From Aliivibrio fischeri ES114 (lineage in GTDB: Bacteria; Pseudomonadota; Gammaproteobacteria; Enterobacterales; Vibrionaceae): DNA of 32,000 nt. The notes below the pieces were generated by a model. The model worked only from the letters and a program-made list of their open reading frames with translations. It did no database searches and was not told the DNA's origin. The position numbers and the translations under genes were made by a program. Shown in pieces: positions 28,252-32,000 of this stretch. How positions within the stretch are numbered: the first letter of the stretch is position 1; each line of letters starts with the position of its first letter. The stretch lies in the NCBI RefSeq assembly GCF_000011805.1, contig NC_006840.2. One strand, given 5' to 3'.

Positions 28252-28303
28252 ATAGCTATTATTTATGTTCGAATAGTTCTCATTACAAATTAAAAAGATA
28301 GGT

Positions 28304-28945
28304 ATGATGAAGAATATTGTTGTTTTAGTTTCAGGTAATGGCAGCAACTTACAAGCCTTTATTGATGCTTGTGGCAATAAAATCCCTAATGCACGTATCG
28401 CTGCTGTTATTTCTAACAAAAGTGATGCTTACGGATTACAGAGAGCCATTGATGCTGATATTAATGTGCATTCTTTAAATGCCAAAGCATATGACAGTCG
28501 TGAGCTATATGATGACGCTCTAGCTACTCTAATCGATCTTCACAAACCCGATATCATTATCCTTGCTGGATTCATGCGAATTTTAAGTGAAGCATTTGTC
28601 ACTCGATACCAAGGAAAAATGCTCAATATCCACCCTTCTCTTTTGCCAAAATACACGGGATTACATACTCATCAACGTGCTATTGATGCTGGAGATAAAG
28701 AGCATGGAACAAGTGTGCATTTCGTCACTCCAGAATTAGATGGTGGACCTGTTATCCTTCAAGCTAAAGTTCCTATCTTTGAAAATGATAATGCAGAAGA
28801 TGTAGCATCTCGTGTACAAGCCCAAGAACATGTCATTTACCCTATGGTAGCGAATTGGTTGGTAGAAGAAAGATTAACCATGGTCGATGGGAAAGCGATT
28901 CTTGATGGTACCGAATTAGGTCTATCCGGTTTAGAGACAGAATAG
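28304..28945 (+). CDS. purN: Phosphoribosylglycinamide formyltransferase
   Basis: Motifs SGNGSNLQA and NIHPSLLP are present and the sequence is collinear with E. coli PurN. The start is 28304 or 28307. Confidence 0.95.
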   Translation: MMKNIVVLVSGNGSNLQAFIDACGNKIPNARIAAVISNKSDAYGLQRAIDADINVHSLNAKAYDSRELYDDALATLIDLHKPDIIILAGFMRILSEAFVTRYQGKMLNIHPSLLPKYTGLHTHQRAIDAGDKEHGTSVHFVTPELDGGPVILQAKVPIFENDNAEDVASRVQAQEHVIYPMVANWLVEERLTMVDGKAILDGTELGLSGLETE

Positions 28946-28950
28946 ATACA

Positions 28951-28982
28951 AAAAAGCCGCTTAAATAACTAAGCGGCTTTTT
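28951..28982. terminator. Bidirectional rho-independent terminator (purN / yafJ)
   Basis: AAAAAGCCGCTTA...TAAGCGGCTTTTT. Confidence 0.85.
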
Positions 28983-29003
28983 AAGTTCTATGTACTTTTA
29001 ATG

Positions 29004-29837
29004 CTAAAGAGCACTATTTACTGGACACTCAGATGGAGGTGGTGCCATGTCAGGAACCGTATCGTGGTTTCCTGCACTCAGCTCTCCAAAGTGAAACAAC
29101 GCGTACTCACCGACTTTCATTTTACGCCACTCTTCGTTATCCGTTAGAGGCTGCGTTGCAATAATCGAAACAACATCATTAGGCGTTGTCTCTTTATGAA
29201 AATCAATCGTTACGTCTTCATCAATTAAGGAGGCTTGACCGAAAGGTGCTCTTCGAGTTATCCAATGCAAATTATTTGAACAGTAAGTCATCACATACTC
29301 ACCATCACTTAATAGCATATTGAATACCCCTAAGCTTCTTAAATGATCACTACACTCAGAAACAAACTCAAACATCAGCATCATATCTTGAGGAGGTTCA
29401 GGATACTTATCTTCTAATTGATTTAATAACCAACAAAAAGCACGTTCACTGTCTGTCTCACCAACAGGTCGAAAACGCCCTGTAGATAATTGGTCGAACC
29501 CCGTTAGTTGACCATTGTGAGCAAACGTCCAATACTTCCCCCATAACTCACGAGTAAAAGGGTGTGTATTTTCAAGGTTTACATCACCTCGGTTCGCTTG
29601 CCTAATGTGACTGACTACCGCTTTACTCTTAATAGGGTAATCTTGAACAAGTTCAGCTATTTTTGAATGACAACTTGGCGTAGGGTCTTTAAATGTACGA
29701 AATCCTTTCCCTTCATAAAAAGTAATTCCCCAACCATCACGGTGTGGTCCTGTATTACCACCACGCTGAACTAATCCTTTAAAACTAAAACAAATATCTG
29801 TTGGTACATTAGCACTCATTCCGAGCAGTTCACACAT
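29004..29837 (-). CDS. yafJ: Class II (Ntn) glutamine amidotransferase, YafJ-like
   Basis: 277 aa beginning MCELLG, with the nucleophilic Cys2. Adjacent to gmhA, as in E. coli. Confidence 0.85.
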   Translation of the reverse strand: MCELLGMSANVPTDICFSFKGLVQRGGNTGPHRDGWGITFYEGKGFRTFKDPTPSCHSKIAELVQDYPIKSKAVVSHIRQANRGDVNLENTHPFTRELWGKYWTFAHNGQLTGFDQLSTGRFRPVGETDSERAFCWLLNQLEDKYPEPPQDMMLMFEFVSECSDHLRSLGVFNMLLSDGEYVMTYCSNNLHWITRRAPFGQASLIDEDVTIDFHKETTPNDVVSIIATQPLTDNEEWRKMKVGEYALFHFGELSAGNHDTVPDMAPPPSECPVNSAL

Positions 29838-29865
29838 ACTTGCGTTACTCCTTTATGCGCAAAAT

Positions 29866-29899
29866 AGCCTATCTCAATATATAAATATCAAGATAGGCT
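29866..29899 (-). terminator. 9-bp stem-loop between gmhA and yafJ (attenuator or weak terminator candidate)
   Basis: AGCCTATCT / 16-nt AT loop / AGATAGGCT. On the minus strand it is followed by ATTTT only. Confidence 0.4.
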
Positions 29900-29909
29900 G
29901 CAAGATAGA

Positions 29910-30491
29910 TTATGCTTCCATCTCTTTTTCAATCAATTGAATCACAATATGGATAATTTTAATGTGAATCTCTTGAATACGATCTGCGTAACCAAAATGT
30001 GGTACACGGATTTCAACATCCGCAAGACCCGCCATTTTACCGCCATCTTTACCCGTTAATGCAATTGTCTTCATGCCTTTTTCTTTTGCGGCTTCAATTG
30101 CTTTAATAATATTGCCTGAGTTACCTGATGTAGATAAACCAAACAATACATCACCTTTTGAACCAACCGCTTGTGTATAACGAGAAAAGACATGGTCATA
30201 GCCAAAGTCATTACTTACACAAGATAAATGACTAGGATCTGAAATCGCAATACCAGGGTATCCAGGGCGATTTTCACGGTAGCGACCTGTTAACTCTTCA
30301 GCAAAGTGCATTGCATCACAGTGTGAACCACCATTACCACAAGACAGTACTTTACCACCTTGTTTAAATGAATCAGCAATCGTTTTAGCAGCTAGCTCAA
30401 TTTGAGCAATGTTTTTATCATCAGCTAAAAAGTCATTCAGTACTTGAGCGGCTTCTGTTAATTCAGAACGGATCAGATCTTGATAAGACAT
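29910..30491 (-). CDS. gmhA: D-sedoheptulose-7-phosphate isomerase
   Basis: 193 aa SIS domain with motifs [16 protein letters not shown] and STSGNS. E. coli GmhA is 192 aa. Confidence 0.95.
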   Translation of the reverse strand: MSYQDLIRSELTEAAQVLNDFLADDKNIAQIELAAKTIADSFKQGGKVLSCGNGGSHCDAMHFAEELTGRYRENRPGYPGIAISDPSHLSCVSNDFGYDHVFSRYTQAVGSKGDVLFGLSTSGNSGNIIKAIEAAKEKGMKTIALTGKDGGKMAGLADVEIRVPHFGYADRIQEIHIKIIHIVIQLIEKEMEA

Positions 30492-30736
30492 AGGATACTC
30501 TCTTTTATTATTTTCCCTAATTGGGGCTAATCTCAGTGTACCTATCCCCTTTTATCTTTAAAAGAGATTCACTCTATATTTCTTCTCTCTTCTCCAAAAA
30601 TATCACTCTTTCCCCTGCAAAAAAGCAGATACCACTCACTGAAAAATGAATATTGTTTATTAATTACTCAACCTAGATCACTTTTTAATCACGAGTGTTA
30701 TTTACTTTTTATTAACATTAGAGCTACACTTAATTT

Positions 30737-30753
30737 AACTGGTTAGACCTCTT
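30737..30753. promoter_or_regulatory. Candidate FadR operator upstream of fadE
   Basis: AACTGGTTAGACCTCTT contains the CTGGT-N2-GACC core seen in E. coli FadR sites (fadB ATCTGGTACGACCAGAT). It lies 81-97 bp upstream of the fadE ATG. Confidence 0.5.
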
Positions 30754-30833
30754 ACCTAAATAATAAATTTACGACATGTAATCGTAATACCTCTGTTCCT
30801 ACAAACAGAGCAGCGCCGGAAAAGGAGAATCAC

Positions 30834-32000
30834 ATGGCCCTGACACTATTAGCAACAGTAATTGCACTTGCTGCATTAAGCTATCATCGACAATCTTTGA
30901 AAACCTCAACCTTGGTTATTGCAGGTATTCTTGCCATTAGCTCTGGGTTAGGTTACGCTGGTTTTATTTCTTGGACTGTCTTTCTACTGGTCTCAGTTCC
31001 ACTAAATATTCCTTCAATTCGACAATCTCTATTCAGTAATAAAGCACTTTCTCTATTCAAAGGCGTTATGCCGGAGATGTCACAAACCGAAAAAGATGCG
31101 ATTGAAGCCGGTACAGTTTGGTGGGAAGCCGAATTATTTAAAGGTAACCCTGATTGGAAATTTCTTCATGGTATTCCTAAAAATACGCTATCAGATGAAG
31201 AACAAGCTTTTATGGATGGTCCAGTAACAGAAGTGTGTCGCATGGTTAATGACTATGAAGTCACCCATGAGCTTGCCGATCTTCCACCAGAAGTATGGCA
31301 ATACCTAAAAGATCATAAGTTCTTCGCTATGATCATTAAAAAGAAATACGGCGGCTTAGAATTTTCTGCTTACGCTCAGTCTTGCGTACTTCAAAAATTA
31401 ACTAGCGTATCTGGCGTACTCTCTATCACTGTCGGTGTTCCTAATTCATTAGGTCCTGGTGAGTTATTACAGCATTACGGTACAGAGGAACAAAAAAACT
31501 ATTATTTACCTCGCTTAGCTGAAGGTAAAGAGATCCCATGTTTTGCACTAACAAGTCCAGAAGCTGGTTCTGATGCAGGCTCGATTCCTGACTATGGTGT
31601 TGTGACTAAAGGCATGTGGGAAGGTGAAGAAGTCGTAGGTATGCGTATTACTTGGAACAAACGCTATATCACACTCGCCCCTGTCGCTACCGTTTTAGGT
31701 TTAGCTTTCAAACTTCAAGATCCAGATGGTTTACTTGGTGATAAAAAAGATCTTGGTATTACTTGTGCTCTTATCCCGACGGATTTAGATGGTGTTAAAA
31801 TTGGCCGTCGTCATTTCCCATTAAACGTACCATTCCAAAATGGTCCAACTCAAGGTAACGATCTATTTGTTCCGCTGGATTACATTATTGGTGGAGAAAA
31901 AATGGCAGGACATGGCTGGCGTATGCTGGTGGAATGCTTGTCGGTTGGTCGTGGTATTACACTGCCATCTAATGCCACTGGTGGAGCGAAAACAGCAGCA
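30834..32000 (+). CDS. fadE: Acyl-CoA dehydrogenase FadE, N-terminal 389 codons (runs off the window)
   Basis: Hand translation gives [15 protein letters not shown]...[14 protein letters not shown]...[18 protein letters not shown]. An AAGGAG Shine-Dalgarno is present. The N-terminal TM segments and ACAD motifs are typical of FadE. The frame is open to the window end and the ORF is not in the ORF track. Confidence 0.92.
   Translation, partial: MALTLLATVIALAALSYHRQSLKTSTLVIAGILAISSGLGYAGFISWTVFLLVSVPLNIPSIRQSLFSNKALSLFKGVMPEMSQTEKDAIEAGTVWWEAELFKGNPDWKFLHGIPKNTLSDEEQAFMDGPVTEVCRMVNDYEVTHELADLPPEVWQYLKDHKFFAMIIKKKYGGLEFSAYAQSCVLQKLTSVSGVLSITVGVPNSLGPGELLQHYGTEEQKNYYLPRLAEGKEIPCFALTSPEAGSDAGSIPDYGVVTKGMWEGEEVVGMRITWNKRYITLAPVATVLGLAFKLQDPDGLLGDKKDLGITCALIPTDLDGVKIGRRHFPLNVPFQNGPTQGNDLFVPLDYIIGGEKMAGHGWRMLVECLSVGRGITLPSNATGGAKTAA

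Noticed and set aside
28177-28419. 80-aa minus-strand ORF spanning the purM-purN spacer
   Set aside because: It runs through the terminator hairpin and the purN 5' end. It is an AT-rich low-complexity translation with no RBS.
1-32000. Search for CRISPR arrays, tRNA/rRNA genes, IS elements or transposase, integrase or phage genes, toxin-antitoxin pairs and known defence genes
   Set aside because: I saw no direct-repeat/spacer periodicity and no cloverleaf-like or rRNA-like conserved stretches. No ORF has transposase, integrase or nuclease hallmarks. All large ORFs are accounted for by housekeeping families.

Overview
This window is an AT-rich gammaproteobacterial core-chromosome segment. Protein sequences and gene order look Vibrionaceae-like (my guess is Aliivibrio/Vibrio; this cannot be verified here). 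It is almost entirely housekeeping. In order it contains: ptsH-ptsI-crr; a Dyp-type peroxidase (YfeX-like) with two small envelope genes; the periplasmic nitrate reductase operon napFDABC plus a 43-codon ORF that is absent from the supplied track; divergent narQ-narP with a translationally coupled lipoprotein gene; a two-gene lineage-specific insert (minimal PAAR protein plus a small wHTH protein); yffB-dapE with an M15 peptidase; bamC-dapA; gcvR-bcp; a TusA-like gene with perM; bepA-arsC(yfgD-like); DUF2069 and DUF2066 genes; uraA, upp and purM-purN; and yafJ-gmhA with the 5' part of fadE. From memory, the order mirrors the E. coli 54-56 min region, with nap/nar and yafJ-gmhA-fadE joined on. 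Nearly every convergent gene pair shares a clean bidirectional rho-independent terminator. I saw no rRNA, tRNA, CRISPR array, IS element or phage genes. I do not see a convincing novel multi-gene system. The best accessory candidate is the orphan PAAR/wHTH insert at about 12.9-13.9 kb. Smaller observations are operator candidates (FNR, NarP, PurR, FadR), an intrinsic terminator splitting purM from purN, and a TusA-like/AI-2E permease pair. All family assignments come from reading motifs and recalling homologs. No searches were run.
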